From Euglena gracilis (taxonomy: Eukaryota), in contig CP154954.1 in NCBI GenBank assembly GCA_039621445.1, positions 4,640,714 through 4,704,713 on the forward strand: a stretch of 64,000 nucleotides of DNA. The letters are read 5' to 3'. Every line of letters begins with the position of its first letter. Position 1 is the stretch's first letter. The notes beneath the pieces were generated by a model. That model did no database searches. It worked only from the letters and a program-made list of their open reading frames with translations, and had not been told where the DNA came from. This document shows, piece by piece, positions 46,115 through 60,912 of the stretch. The translations under genes were made by a program, and so were the position numbers.

Positions 46115-49100
46115 GTCTAGGGTGTACCGTAGGGTAAGGGTACTCAGGATTTGTTGCTGCTCGACTTTGAATGGGAAAAATGTGCGGTTGAAATTAAATC
46201 TGACCAATTTGCCAAAGAAAAAAGAATGGCGGTTCAGGGATCCCGGTGGAGATCAGGCCAAAATGCTGCTGCTATGCATTTTTTGACCACTCTTTCGCCA
46301 TTTTCTTTTTATTCTGGGAGAACAGATCTCTGGAGGTTTTTTTGGATTTATGTCCGGGCTGTTTACTGGGAAATGGGCCCCATTTTGGTATGGCGGAAAA
46401 GTTGATATTTTTCTCAGGATGTGATCAAGTTCCAGGACCGGGTTTACGGCCTATATTGACGTTGCTTGAATGGGATGCTGATAAGCGATGCAAGAAGTTC
46501 CCGCGACAGATCATGTTGGGTGGTGGGTCCGGACTGACTTCTTTTTAACATGGAAGACCCCACCTGGGGCTTGACCGGAATATTTTGGCACAGTGTGCCG
46601 GTATTTTCATTTGCATGGACATTTCATTCTCACAAACGTTTCAGAAGTGTTCCAAGCTTGCGATGCTTCTGGATTTTTTCCGCCCGTGCCTCGGCCCTCC
46701 GAACCCATCCCCGGTAGGAAATAGGTGATGGCTGGAAAAAAGGAGTTGGATGGATCCCTGGGGTCAGGGGGTGATTCTAACCCGGCTGCCAGGCTGGACT
46801 CGGCTTGAACCCAAAATAGGCAAAGAAAGCCCAAATCTTAGACGGCCTGAAATGGACATCAAAAGCTGAAATTGAGCCTGAAACAAAACAAAACAAAACA
46901 AACAAAACATCTTTGCAAAGAAATGGCCAAATGAAATAAAGCTGCAAAATGAAACGACAAAAAGTACAAAACCAGGTGAAAAGTGAATAAGAATTACAAA
47001 AATGGAAAAGAGCAATTGCGTTGAAATTTGGTGTAATGCTTCTAAATTCAGTCTCTTCCATAGAAATGGACACAGGCAATAAAAGAAGTTGGACATTTAG
47101 TCACAATTATGCCCAGGGGGGTGTTCCCCCCGTGACCCCCCCCCCCATCACCCAAGGTGATGCCCCATTTTTATGAAATTTTCAGGTTGATTCAGGCTAA
47201 TTTTGAGGCTTAATTTTTCAAATTTGGGCTTGGTGATTCCCAATTTGGCCACCGAAGATGTGGTGTTCCCCTCTGACCCCCCCCCATGACCCGAATCACC
47301 CCCTGAGTCTTGGAGAGTCAAAGGCAAAGGCTGAAAAATGATACAAAGTATGTGTTTCTAAACACAGGCTTCGGCACGCCGAAACCCGTGTTTAGAAACT
47401 GTCGGGGCCAAAACGGCAGATGGGGGGCGATAGAGGGCATCCGGGGGTACATTTGGTCTGACCGACACCCCGGAAATAATGTGCGTTTTCTCGAAATTTT
47501 TCGAAAAATCGACTTTTTGACCGAAAATCTCACCCCGGCGAGATGGCAGAGTCGAAACTGGGGGGGGGGGTTGCGACTGCCACCCAGCTTGGACCCCTTC
47601 ACAGATGAATAACTCGGGCCTGGCAGGTAGTTGGGGGTGAACGGAGGTGATTTGGAATCTCGGGATCCAGCTGCTCGCAAATGGGGATAAAAACCATGAC
47701 CCAGGGAACGGGGCCGGGGTCATGGTGTAATCGGCGGTTTTCATTGCCAACCCAGGGGGGTTCTACCCCCCCCCTTTCCCTGGTGCTCTTTCTCTGAAAG
47801 AGAAAGCGCTCAGCGACCCCCCCCCCAAAAAAAGGTGGACAGGGGCGCACATTTTCGTACCTCCCCCCTGGGCGCTTGGCACCCCCGGGCGCTTGGCCCC
47901 CCCACTTCTTAACATGTAAACTTGGCCCCCTAAAGTTGGCCTTTTCTGTAAACTTTCAATCCTGGCCTTTAGTAAGATTTCTTTCCATGAAAGCTGCTGG
48001 GGACGACTTTTTCGGCTGCAAACCACACAAATACTGATTTTTTGGCAACTTTTTGAGACCGACCATCATGAAAATGCCCTTTTTGACCAATTTGCCAAAA
48101 ATTGTCAAGTTGGGGGGTTTCAGGGTCATGTAGGGGGGGGGGGTCGGATTTGCACCAACAATTCCTTGACTTATAACCCAGGTTTTTTACCATTGCCAAT
48201 TTCGCATAATTTATGATTTATAAAATTCACCTGCAAACGGTTTTTGACCCGGGGCGTTTTTCTGACGCCCCGTTTTTGGCCCGAAATGTTTTTGGTCAAA
48301 AAAGCCAGAGAAAATTACATAACTTCATAAATTTCAAAAATTACTGTGAGTTACCATCTCGCGCAATTTTCTTTTTGACGTTTCTCGGATTTTTTGACAT
48401 AAAAATTACCCAAAATCCATGGGTTTTGGGCCCAAACCGGGGTGCTGGCGTGAAAATGAGCGTTTTTCGACCCCCCAGCACCCCGTTTTGACCCGAAACT
48501 ATGGAGTTTGGGTCAAAAACGGGTCAAAAAAGTCGAAAAGAATCGAAATTTTTTTTTGCCTGAAACCATGTTTTTTTGGGCCTCCTGGACCTGGAAAACC
48601 TGTTTTTGAGCCGAAAATGAGCGTTTTTCGACCGCCCAAAAACAGTTTTTCCAGGTCTGGGAGGCCAAAAAAAACATCGTTTCGGGCATCGTTTTCGGAC
48701 ATTTTGTCAGACCGACACTTCCGGAAATAATGTATGTTTTCTCAAGATACTTTCAAAAATCGATGTTTGTGATGCTTGTGGTGAGCTTCACCGGTGAAGT
48801 TCACCATTGGTTTATGTGAGGGAGGGAAGGTGTCCAGGAACCCCCAATGAAGTTCCAAACGGTGAGCCTCACCACCGGGGGGAGGTCCAAGATTCGACAG
48901 ACAAGGTTCTTCCCAATCCGAAAGAAACCTTTCGGTCTTTTTCGGTGGCCGGCTTTTTGGGGGGTCGTTGCATTATGTGAGGGGGGCAGGCCTTTGCTTA
49001 AGGGTTCGCAGCACCAGCCCCCCCCCCCCCCCCGGGGGGGCTGGATTGCAGCTAATCCAAATTTGGCTTGTGGGAATTCTAGACCCCGGGGGGGGGTCTG

Positions 49101-50869
49101 CTGGCAGGGCTCGTTAGTGGAATTTTTTTTTCAGTGAAGTGGAAGTTTTTCCAGTGACCGGCCCAATTTTTTTGTCCCCCCCAAAATTGGCTAAAAATGT
49201 CCATTTTTTGGCCGTTTTAAAAAACGTCCACCTTAGCGCACAGCACCGGAGGAAATTTTTTTCCAGTCGGGGGGCTCCGATGTTGGTGTCGTTGGCCCCT
49301 TCAGGCTCTTAACATGCAAACTTGGCCCCCAGGCTTACTTTCAATCATGGCCCGGGCCAAGCCCCCCCCGGGGGGGGGGAGGGGTAGATTTTTTCCAGTA
49401 GTTTCGGACCCCAAGGGTGCGCCCTTATTAGGGCACTGGCACTCATTTTGAGAAAGCACAGAAATCTTAGTTTTCCTTGCTTATTTTCAGGTTTCCCCTT
49501 CTTGTGATGTCAAGGAATGCGTCAAGTGATTATGTGTCAAATTTGTGCTTAACCGATGGAAGTATTTGGTCCAACTGTGCCTTCTGAGAAGTGTGTGTGC
49601 TTTCCGACCTTAGGTGTGAGAGTGATTTCTCCCTTGTGGGGTGCGCACTTTTTAGGGAGGTGGTTTCGGACCCTTGGGGGGTAAGCGCTGATTGGGGCAC
49701 TGCACATAAATAGGGGACTGCACACTTGTTAGGGGGGTTTACACTGTTTCCGCACCTTTAGCCCCCAACACCACGTTTCGGCCCCTGTTCACACCCAAAT
49801 TGCCTCGCCATTGTTTGGTTGGGTGCTGCTCTCCACAGCTGCCACCCGTCCCGCAATGCCTCGCCACAACCTTTCACTTGTGCGCCCCAACAGCGCTGAT
49901 GTGCGGGTGGAGTGGAAGGGCCCCATGGCATCCAAGGTCATGCCCAGGCCACGTCTGTTTGTGTTTCTGGAAGCAATAGGACTGGATCCCCCTGCCGAGA
50001 CAGTGGTCTGTGTCTGCTCAAGGTCCTGCAGTCCCACCAGCAGCAATGCAAAGGCTCAGCTGTCCAGGCTGTCGTTTGATTTGGTTCGGATTGCAGCAAG
50101 TTCACAACAATTTGTGAGCACGCTTCAAGGGGGGAGGCACTTTCGCCAATTTTGACAAGGCCACAAAAAGGGCTCAAAAAAGCCCCAAAAACCTTCTCGA
50201 AAGTTTAAAATTTTTCGGATAAGAAAAAAATCATGACCAATCCAGATCCAACTGTGCACAAGAATCGACCAATTTTGCACAGGTAAGAAATTGGCGGAAT
50301 TAGGGGAATTAGGGGAATTAATCCCCCCCCCCCTCCTAATTGGCTAATAGAGTCTGAAGGAGCCCGGGCATTAGCCAAATTCTATGCCCCCCCCCCTCCC
50401 GAGCTATTCCTGTGCCCGGGACCCTTCACGGCCCAATGGGTGCAGCTCGGGGGAGGGGGGACCTGGGTCTCCCCAAGGCATTCCCATTCCCGAACTTCGG
50501 ACAGCCCAAAAGGGGTCATTTTTGGCAACATTTTTGGATGTTCGCAAAAAATGGTCAATTTCAAGCAAATTTTCCAAAATGCAATTTTTTGAAAATGTCC
50601 AAAAAACGTCAATTTTTGAACACTTTTTTGTGACCGTCTTCATAAAAGTGCACCTACTTTTGCCTGAAAATGGTCAAAAATGCCAAAAATAGCACCTTTT
50701 TCAAAATTTTTGGTGTCTTCGGCGCCGAAAAAGATATACCCACCAGCCCCTCCCCCCCCCCCCCCCCCCCCTGCGGGGGGACGGGGTCGAAGGGACCCAC
50801 CCCCCCTACCCCCCTTCCCCCCCCCCCCAGTGGAGGGGTCCATGACATTGAGCTATTCCCGACCTCCTA

Positions 50870-51326
50870 AACTCCCCCAAAATAAGACCCGGGTCTTATT
50901 TTTGGGTCCGTTGCTGGAAACCTCCAGGGGGGTGTTATTTTGGGGGGTCTTGTTTTGGATTTTTTTCTTGACCGACCCGGGCCCGAAAAAAAAAACATCA
51001 TTTTTCAGGTTCCCAAAAGCATTTAAAAATTTTCCTTTGGCGCTGCGCACCATGTGTAAATTGGTGTAAAGTGACATCTAGCATGTTTTTTTGCACCTAA
51101 AAAATCTGAAATCTTTTGAAATTTCATCATTTTTGTGTGTGAAATTAGGGTTTTTGGTAATTTTTCAGGGAAAAATTTCACCCTCTCCGGCGCTTCGCGC
51201 CGTCAGGGGGGGGGGTCTTATTATTGGGGGGTCTTATTTTTGGATTTTTGCTCGATCAGCCCAGGGGGGGTCTTATTCTTTGGGGGGGGGTCTCATTTTT
51301 GGGGGGGGTCTTATTTTTGGGGGGTT
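50870..51326. mobile_element. TA-flanked MITE with aataagaccc motifs
   Basis: TA|aactcccccaaaataagaccc ... gggtcttatttttggggggtt|TA. Confidence 0.78.
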
Positions 51327-54300
51327 TATGGGAATAGCTCGTGGGGAGGGGGAAGAACTCAGGTGGTGGGCATGGTTGGGGGGGGGCGAGGGTAATTTTA
51401 GGCCATTTTTGGATTTTGGATTTTTTTTGGCACAAAATGACCACTTTGATTGAGCCATTACCCTGTCAGCCTGCATTGACAGGGGTTGCCAGTATGTGTC
51501 GTTCAAAGGGTTAGGTCCACGGTTACCCACCCCAGTGTGGACCATCTCGCCCCCTTTGCCTACGCCTGGTTTGGTGTAGTATACGAGAGCCCCAAATTTT
51601 GCGGGTGGTACCCACCCCCCGGCCCCAAAGCCTCTGCCAGCCCATGGATATGGTGGTGGTGGTGGTGGTGGTGGTGGTGGTGTGTGCACCATGCCGCAAT
51701 CCCGGCCTCGCAGTCCCCACGAAGCCCCAGCCAGCTCTGCTGCAGTGGGCTGTGGAAAATCGAGGCCAGTCATCTGAGAGCCAAATTTTGTGATTTCTGA
51801 TTAATGCCCCGCTGTGTCTCCTCCTGCCCAGCTGGACACGCATGGACAAACTTCCCGGGGGCGCAATTTGCACTTTTTTTTTGCATAATGAACAATTTGG
51901 ACAATTTTCACATGTGTGCCTTGGGGGGTGGTGTGGGGGGTTTGGGCCAAGTGGGCAGCCGGAGGGGAGGTTGTCCTCTACTTTTGGTGCAAAACGACGG
52001 ATTTCCAAAAGTGGGTCCTCGAGTCCCTGGGGGCTCAAGGGTCTGCTGACACCCCAGTCATAAAACAACAACAACAAAAACAACTCTGGTTGGAACCAGT
52101 GTTGTATTCGCAAAAATGTTGTGCAAACATGTTGAGAGGGGACAAAGGTTGTCCCTCTCATCCTAAAACGGCGGCCCCTCGCTGACTTTCCTGCGTCGCC
52201 AACGTGGCCGGCGCCCTCAATGCCATCCAGTCCTGCCAGTCTCTCATTCGATGCCGAAGCTGACCAGGTGGCTGCTGTTGTGCTTGTGTTGGCTCCCCCT
52301 GAAACAATTTTTTTTGAGCCACTGTGCTTTTTTTTTGAGCTGGTCCCCCCCCCCTTGGGTGGGATGGCCTGTTTACTGCACGCCTTTCCCAGCAGTCGTT
52401 GGACCAAGAAAGCCGGCCCGTTATGCGTTGCCTTACATCTGAGGTCTTTATCAGTGGAGTGTTAATGTGAAGGTACAAACAAACCCTGTCCTCCCTCTCC
52501 CAGAGAGGCCCAGCAGTTTTCTTTCGAAATGGGCAATGTCCTTTGGCAAGTCGTTTTGCCAGGAGTTGCTGATGCGACCAATCCGCACCCCCAAAGTTAT
52601 TTGCTGGTTTTTGAAAAGGAAAGCTTTAGAGCAACCCCCCAAATAATACCCCCCCCCCCAAATAATACCCCCCCTCGGGGTCTGACTTCGGCGACCAAAT
52701 AAAATACCCCCCCCCCAATTTCGAGCCGACGACCCGTATTTGACCTGAAATTTGTTGGCAAAAGTCACAATCTCTGACAACAAATTACGAAAAAAATCGA
52801 TTTTTTTTTGGATCATCTGGCCTCCAAAAATGCTACTTTAATGAGAAAATACAAATACAAAAATGACCCCAAACGGGGGTTTTGGCTGCTATTTTGGGTC
52901 CTACAGGACTTCAAAAATTCCGGAATTTTTGGGTGCTATTACCCCCCCCCCCCCCGCCCCAAATAATACCCCCCCTGGGCCGGGACTTCGGGGGAAACTA
53001 TAATACCCCGGGGGGTATTATTTGGGGGGGGGGCTAGTCCCCCCCTCCCCCCTCCCTGAAGAAAAGCCTCTCCTCCCATTCAGTTTATATTTTGAGGTTT
53101 CCTAAAATGAAAGCAACTATTGTGTAAAAAATATTGATTTCCAGGCGTGGCAGAATACCGGAAAGCGACTGCAGTTTGGCCCTACACGTCAATCCACTGC
53201 GAAGCTTCTGGCACTTCTGAAGCCAATGCCTTTGCCCCCCTCCCTCCCTCTCCTGCAGTCTCACCACAGCGACGCCATGGTCCACCTTGCCGCATCATTC
53301 TTCTCCCCTCCACAGAATGATTCACTGAACCTTTGTGTGACCCCCCCCTGCTTGGGAAACCCTTCAAAGAGCTTTGCTCCCTGCAAAGTCACTGGGCTGG
53401 TCTTTCATCCTCCTGTCCTTATTATGGAAGCAAAATTTCGGGAAAGCACCACAGTTTTTCCTGGGCGGGAAAATCAACCTTCCGCAACCAGAAGCATATT
53501 TTTGTTTCCCAATGCAATTCTGCACTCATTTTCGCTACGTGTTTATGCAAGCGAGTCACCATTTTTTTGGAGCAAAACTGTCAAATGCATTGCTTGAAAC
53601 AGCCGTAAAATTGTGAATTTTCGGTACTTTCCTGGTCTGGTGCAGCTGGTGCGGCGTCTATCGGCACTTACCAAGAGGGGGGGGGTTCATTTGGTCGTCA
53701 AATCAAAACCCGTAGGGGTTTTTTGTATCCCGGGGGGGATATATTTGGCAGGGGTTCACGCGGTGTTTTTGCGCTGTAGGGGTGAGGTTCCTTGGCGCAG
53801 TGCTCGTCGTCCTCGCGACAACAGACCCCCCAAATGGATCATTGAGCCCAGCTGTGACCCCTGAGGCCTGGCAGCCGACCTCGTCGCTCCCGCCCAGCCC
53901 CCAATCCCCTCCCGGCACGCCACTGGGGCGGTGCCGCACTCAGGAGTTTTTTTTTTTAAACGTTGACGACGGGGGGGGGGGTGGGTCCTACCCCGGGAAG
54001 TCAAGTGGAAACCCCTCCCGGAGGAGGTTTCCATTATTTTCGGTTCAAACTGCCAAATAAATTTGCAAGGTGGTTGGGGGCCTCCGCGTTTGGAGTGGAG
54101 GTCCCTCCAGAGTTTCCCATGGTGGAGGCTGACCCTCCCTTAATCGGACTCTAAAACAGCCCCTGGCCGCGACGCCAGCCTCCGCCTTCGCCAGCGCCTC
54201 CTCCCCGGCAGCGATCCCGCGCCCCTGCTCCGCCTGACGGGATCCCATCTCAAAGTCCGGCACTGCGCCACAGCGCACCCCCCCCCCCCAGAAGTCTTCA

Positions 54301-57300
54301 AGTCATTTTCCCACCAACTGTTCGAGAACTCCTGCCCTTCGAGATGGGGCCGATCTGCTCCCATGCTGACATCACGTGCCGGGTGCAGGTAGCGCAAACT
54401 CTGCACTGCGTGTTTGATGCCACCCCGGCATGTTTACAACTGATTCCGAACCCCCCTCCCTGGCCTGTGCATATGCGTATGGATGCATGGACGAATGCAC
54501 AAAAATCATACATCTCCATCATTGTTAGCAGGGATTGTTTTCAGACCAAGGGGGAGGGATCAGGCTTGTGCTTAGTCAGGTGCCAACCCCACAAGGGGGT
54601 GGATGCTAGGGGCAGGCACCCTATAGCACCCTTCCAACCCCCCCGGGGGGGGTAAAGGTTTTTGGGGGGTGCCTGCCCATAGCGAGCACCCCCCTCCGAC
54701 CCCGGCGCAGGGGGCCCGGAAGGCCATTTCCAATGAAAATTTTCTGGTTCCCCCCCAAACCCGCCGGGAGGGTGTGCCTGCTATGGGCAGGCACCCTATA
54801 GCGCCCATCCACCCCCCTAAGCCTAAGAGGGATTTGGGCTTTCGATAAATTTATCCTGGCAAAACTCAGAAAATTGTCAATTCCAAGGGCGTGCCAGAGT
54901 GCTGCCCACGGAGTATTGCCAAAGTTCTTGCCAGGGTAATGATCTAATGGCTCACTGTGAAAACGCCAATCGTTTCATCCTGCTTGTCGACCCGTTTGGT
55001 GCTGGTTCGCAATGTCAGGGCAGGACATTGCCACCTCTTGTGTGTTAGTTCACCAAGTGTGCTGCCGATGGGCCGATTTTTGGAGGACTCACCTGTGTGG
55101 AGGCCACAAACGGTTGGTTCACTCACAAGGTCCTCATTGGTACCACGAAACCACAATGCACCTCTAAAATAGCATAGTGGGTGCATAGTGGGCAAACAAG
55201 GGCAAATGAAATGTAAGCAGGGCAATGAACACCACACTTGGAGGTGCAAAATGAAAAAGAAACGCAAAAAAGTACAAAAAAATGCAAAAAAATGTTAAAA
55301 AAAATCGCAAAAAAAAGGCAAAAAAACCCGCAAAAAATGCAAAAAATGCAAATTTTCGGAAAATTGAAAACGCAAAAAAAACGCATTTGCGGTCCCCCCC
55401 CTGACAAATCCCCCCGGTTTCGAAGGTGCCAGAAAAAATTTATCGGGGTCGGAAATACGGGAGGTGGTGGGTCGCCCCCCCCCCCCCCACCCACCACCCT
55501 GGCTGTTTGGCCGATTCCTGTTCTTCCCTGGGGGGGGTGGGCAGGCACACAGGCAGTTGGGGCCACGTGTCCCACTGGACTGGGTCCGGACCAGGGGTTT
55601 TTTTTAAGACCGGGGGGGGGGGGGAGGGGGTCGGCACCCACCCACCCACCCCCAGGGGTGGCCCCCCCCCGAGGGAGGGGGGGGGGTCCCGGGGGGACAC
55701 ACCCACTTTACCCGAAAATTCTAAAAATAGCACCTTTTCAAAAATTTTGGCGCTTCTGGCGCCGAAAAAGATATCCCCGCCAGGCCCTCACCCCCCCCCC
55801 CCCCCCCGGGGGGGGAGGGGGGTCCAAGGGACCCACCAGGTTTTGAATAGTGCTGAGCTCTTAATAAGCGCGCACCCACCCCTTCATTGATTGACCCCCC
55901 CATATATATCGGCCCACTCCATGGAGCTCTTTTGACTGAAATACATGGGTTTTGTGCCCGAAACGGGGCGCTGGTGGGTCGAAAAACGCTCATTTTCGGC
56001 TCAAAAACAGTTTTTTTGGGTCCGGGAGGCCAAAAAACATCGTTTCGGGCAAAATTTTTTTTCAATTTTTTCCGACTTTTGTGTCCGAAAAATACTAAGT
56101 CGAACAGTGGAAATAGTGCACAAAATGGCCCAAATTGGCCGAAAAACGGCCGTATCTCGGGCTGGGCGGGGAGTTGCGGGGAAATCAAAATACCGGTAGA
56201 TGGGGCGTTCCAAGGGCTTCAAATTAGGTCTCCGGACATTTTCCTTTGATTTGGAGATATTTTGAAAATTGACATTTTTTGGCCGAAATGGCAGAGGTCC
56301 AAAGGGTCCTACCCAGTTTGGACCCCTTCGCGCGTGAATAACTCGGGCCTGGCGGGGAGTTGGGGGTCAAACCCAGGTGATTCGGAAATTAGAAATCCAG
56401 TCGCTTGCGACTGAAAAATTTTTTTTCGGGAACCGGGCCGGGATCATAATGATAATCCGTCCGTTCTCCAGGTGGCCCCGACCCGGGGGGGGGGGCGGGG
56501 GGGTCGAGGGGGGGGTTTCGCCAGGGGTAATCTTCGCTCTTACCCTAAAGGGATAAGAGCTCAGCGACCCACCCTACCCCCCTCCCCCCCCGGGGGAGGG
56601 GGTCCAAGACTAAAAAAAACCCCCTGGTCTGGACTGGCAGCGAGTCATCGGGAGGGGGGGGGGACCTCTCCCGCGACCGCTGGAGGGCGGCGGCGCAGGC
56701 GGCGCGGACCCAGGCAGCCAGGGTGGACATCGGCCGCAGCAGCTGCGCGAGGTCGAAGCACCGGCGCGCAAGGTTTGGGGTGGGGGGACGCTGCGGTGGT
56801 GGGGGTGGGAGGTTGGCGGGAGGTAAATGCAAAGTAAAGTGAAAAGCAAGAGTGAAGCAAGTGTAAAGTAAGTATAAAGTAAATGTAAAGTAAATGTAAA
56901 GTAAATGTAAACCAAAAATAATCGCCTGGTGTGCGTGCACGGGTGTTTGCGTGTTTGCCGCCTGCCCCCAGTACCCCTCACCCCCTCCTAGCTGGCGGCC
57001 CATGGGCGGGGTCCAGCGTGGCGGGCATCAACAGGGCATGCATCCCGAACAGGGCGGTCATGTTTTTTGAGGGCCACAGTCCAGGGGTAGGTCTGTCTGT
57101 GCCCTCAACCCCGCCGCCCTTTGCTCAGCAGAGCAGAGGTGTGCCTCAGACCGCTGGGATGACTCAGAGATCTCACACGGCTCGTCTCCCCAGCCGGAGC
57201 CCAGCAACACCGCCAAGCGAGCCGGCTGGGTTTGGGGTGGCGCCACTGCTTGGTGGCACCACTGGGCCCATAAAAGTTCCCATCGTGCAGCCCTGATTCT

Positions 57301-57417
57301 TCAAAAGAATACCAGTTTCTCAGCCATCCACACTCTTCAGATATGTTGTCATATGTAATATATTTAATATGTACACATATATACATATACATGCGCACAC
57401 GCACCTACATACGCCTC

Positions 57418-57455
<38 letters not shown>

Positions 57456-57575
57456 CATAAATACATACATACATACATACATACATACATACATACATAC
57501 ATACATACATACATACATACATACATACATACATACATACATACATACATACATACATACATACATACATACATA
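57418..57575 (+). repeat. Compound (GT)n(AT)n(TACA)n microsatellite
   Basis: Read directly from the sequence. Confidence 0.95.
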
Positions 57576-59784
57576 AACATGCATCAGCCTCAAACAGTGT
57601 CACTGGTGTGACATGGGGGGTATGCCGACCCCCGCCCCCTGCGTCATACAAGTGGGACCGATGAGCGATTTGGCCTGTTCTTCCTCCGACCCCATGATCC
57701 CATGTCCCACGACCTCATGATCCTGCCTGGGGAATATGGTTGTTTCCGCTACGGGGAGGAGAGTTCCACACACCCTTGGTAAAAGGATTGGGGTTAGGGA
57801 AAGGAATCGGGACAGGGTTAGGTTCCTTCAATCATGGCCAGGCCAAGCGCCCGGGGGGGGGGTGGAATTTGAGGCCGAAGAAAGACTGAATCCCAGAAAT
57901 TCCTCCTAAATTGAGGCCTCACCTGCATCTAAAGAATTTAATTGCAACCTAACCCTATCCCCATCATTAACCCCATTTTCCTCATCTGTCATTCAGATAT
58001 GCGCCCGAAAAGGCGGCGGGGTAGAGTGGTTTCGGAGCCCCCGAAGTTGGTTAACAGTGCATTATGTGGCCCTGTCATACTAGTGCCCCCCCCCCTGGAG
58101 TGCAAGCGATCTGTTTTTTTTTAAAATAATATTTGATGTTGTCAAACCATTACAAATTGGGGGAGAGGGTTCAAGTTCATGCTCCGGCTGGGACACCCAC
58201 TTGAAGGGTGATTGTTCTCTGCCCATTTTTTTACCCAAAATTTACTCTTGAGTTGAGCTAATCCCCTTCAAGAGTCCTCTGCCCCCGAATCTGGGCTGTT
58301 CCCATCCCAAAGCCCAGACCTACACCCTGCTCCACCGGTGCAGTCAGTCTCCCTACCCCTTTTGTGCATGACCCATACTCCTTCAAAGGTCTCTGGCCTC
58401 CTGCGCCAGTCTGCAAATGTCTCTGTTGCAGGGGTTTTCTTGAGCTGGAGGTGAACCCTACCTCCCGGGGGGGGGGGGATCCAGCCAGCCATCATTTTTT
58501 CCCCAGCCAGCTGCTGCCAGCTGGCCTCCAGGCCCCCCAGAGGGAGGGGGGACCGCGAAACACTTCCGGCCAGTGCGTCCCTCATTGAAACCGCGCCCTT
58601 GGTACGTTGCCTTTCTTTGTCAATTGGTTTTTGCTAATGGGTCACGTGCTGATTGTTTTTTGCGAGTGTTTTTAAGTTTCCGCCCGATGGTTTCATTCCC
58701 AACGTGCAATTATTCTGCACTTTAACCCAGTCTTGAAGCAACGCCCTCGCCCATCCCAGATACCTATATTTAGGATTGCGGGAGATTCAAACTCATAAAA
58801 AGCATTTTTTCCCCATTTCCAAACCCAAACCAGCCCAGAATTGAGTGACCCAGATACACCAAAAACCAAAACAGGGGGGTCAAGCCCTCTTTTTGAGCCC
58901 GCTCTCTCTTGTCAATCAGAAGGTCCAGGTTTCAAGACAACCAATTTTCCTTTCAAAGTATGCACCATGGGGAAAAAAGTGTCAAAAATCATGATGGAAG
59001 TTAACTCTGCTTAAGATTGTTACTGGGAGGGGGAGACTTGAACTTGTGTGGTGGGGGGGACCTATGGGAAAAATTCTGGACGAAATTTTGTCCAGGATTT
59101 TCCCCACCATTTTAAGGATCCGTTCGGGGTTTTTTCTGGCAAATTTAAGACAAATCCAATTTCCTCCATTGAACACCTAAATATTTTTCTTTGGTGCTTT
59201 GTGCCATTTTCCGGGATGTACTTTTGTTCCAAATCACCTGTTCGGAATGTGGTGATCTTTCAACATGAAGGAATGTGCTTTTTTGCTTTATTTTGCAGTT
59301 TTGGACTTGAATATTTTACCAGCATTTGAGTTTGGGGTTTGTGAAAACCTCAGGATTTGGTGAAATCTTTTGTATTTTTCTGAAACAGTGGCTTCACAAT
59401 ATTTTTTTGTCCAGATTAATTAACAACCATGTTCAGCGAGCTTTCATAAGTTTCCCCGACATTTTAAGGATTTGCCAATATTTTTCCCAACACAATTTTT
59501 CCCCTCAGCAATTGTTCCCGGTCAGATTCTCCCCCAGTACAACACAGACCAGCAGGTTCAGGGGTAGGAGACATTTCGCTGCCGACCCCCCCCCCCCGCT
59601 GCAGGTCGTCACGTAAGCCGAAGCGCACCCCATCTTCTTCTGAGGGTGGGTCCAGCCAGCCATCAACCCTCAGCCAAGCAGCCTTTTTCCAGCCCTGGAC
59701 CCCCCTCCCTCATCGACGAGTTTAATTTATTTCCCAGCTGCCCAAAAAATTCAAGGCAACGGATTTACGGTAAGGCTGAATGGT

Positions 59785-60912
59785 CTTAAGTGGCCAAACT
59801 CGCACTTAAGGTTTTGATATTTAGCTTGCGCTTTGGCGCAAATTTTCAATCTTTTTTGAAACCCGGCGGTGAAACCCACCCTTTTGACCCTCTGGTTCCA
59901 CGGAGACCCTCCACGGTGGCGTGTGCATCATTTGCCGATGTTGGGACCTGGGGAACAGGCCCAATTTTGGTGTTTTTCAGCCTGTGCACCATATTGAAAA
60001 AGGGTCAAAACCCTGGGTTTGAACTCCGGGACACGTGAATTTTCCCAAAAAAGGGTCAAATCCCCGTTGCGAGTTTTTGAAGCCTTGACTGTGTTCCCCG
60101 GATGGTGCTACACAGGCTGGGTGTAATTTGGCCTATTTTGTTGCTTTTTTTTGGGGGCTCTGCGATGTGTCTGTGAAGGGTTGTCTGCTGAGGCATCCAG
60201 AGGGTGGACTCTACATACACGTTGTGAAAAGTTGGAAAAAACGGCATGCCACAGAGTTGTGATCACTGGGTGCTTGAAGTGCGAGGAGCGTTACAGCGAA
60301 CCACCCAGGTGGGGGGTGTTGGGGCTATTGAGGGCAAGCCCAGGGACCTGTCCTAACGTCTGGTGAGCAACGCCAGGCCCCACAATGTTGGGCACAGAAG
60401 GCAATGGTTATGGACATTGCGCTGAAGCACAAAAATTTTACATTGCGCTTAAACGCAATGTAAATACATTGTGATTAAGCGCTTAAGCGCAATGCATAAC
60501 AGAAGCCCCTGAGCTTATAGGATTCCCTCTGATGTGTGACGGTGTGTCGGAGGCCCCACTCTGCACGGCCAATGTGCGGGTTTGGTGAGCCCATACATTG
60601 CGCCGAAGCGTTTTATTTTTGTAATGAAAAAAAATCGTTGTGCCAAAGTGCAACTGCGCAGTGGAGTCCCCTCGTTTCATCACCCAGCGCTTTCTGTTCA
60701 TGCACACTTGGCCCCAGGAGCGCTGTGCCCGTAGACCGCAGAGTTCCAAGTCGTTGGTTTCGTCCCCAGGCCCAGGGGGTGCAGGGAGACACTAATGCGG
60801 GCTGTCTCGAGTCTCAGGCCTCGGTGTTCGAAAACAGATTTTTTTTTTGGCATTGCGCGTCGGCGCAAATTTACAGTCACTTTCAAAGCTAGTGCGAGTT
60901 AGGCCGCCTAAG
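59785..60912. mobile_element. ~1.1-kb TIR element with a probable 3-bp TSD (TGG)
   Basis: tcttaagtggccaaactcgcact pairs with agtgcgagttaggccgcctaaga (~23-bp imperfect TIR). The region is absent from copy 1 at ~32525. Confidence 0.6.
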
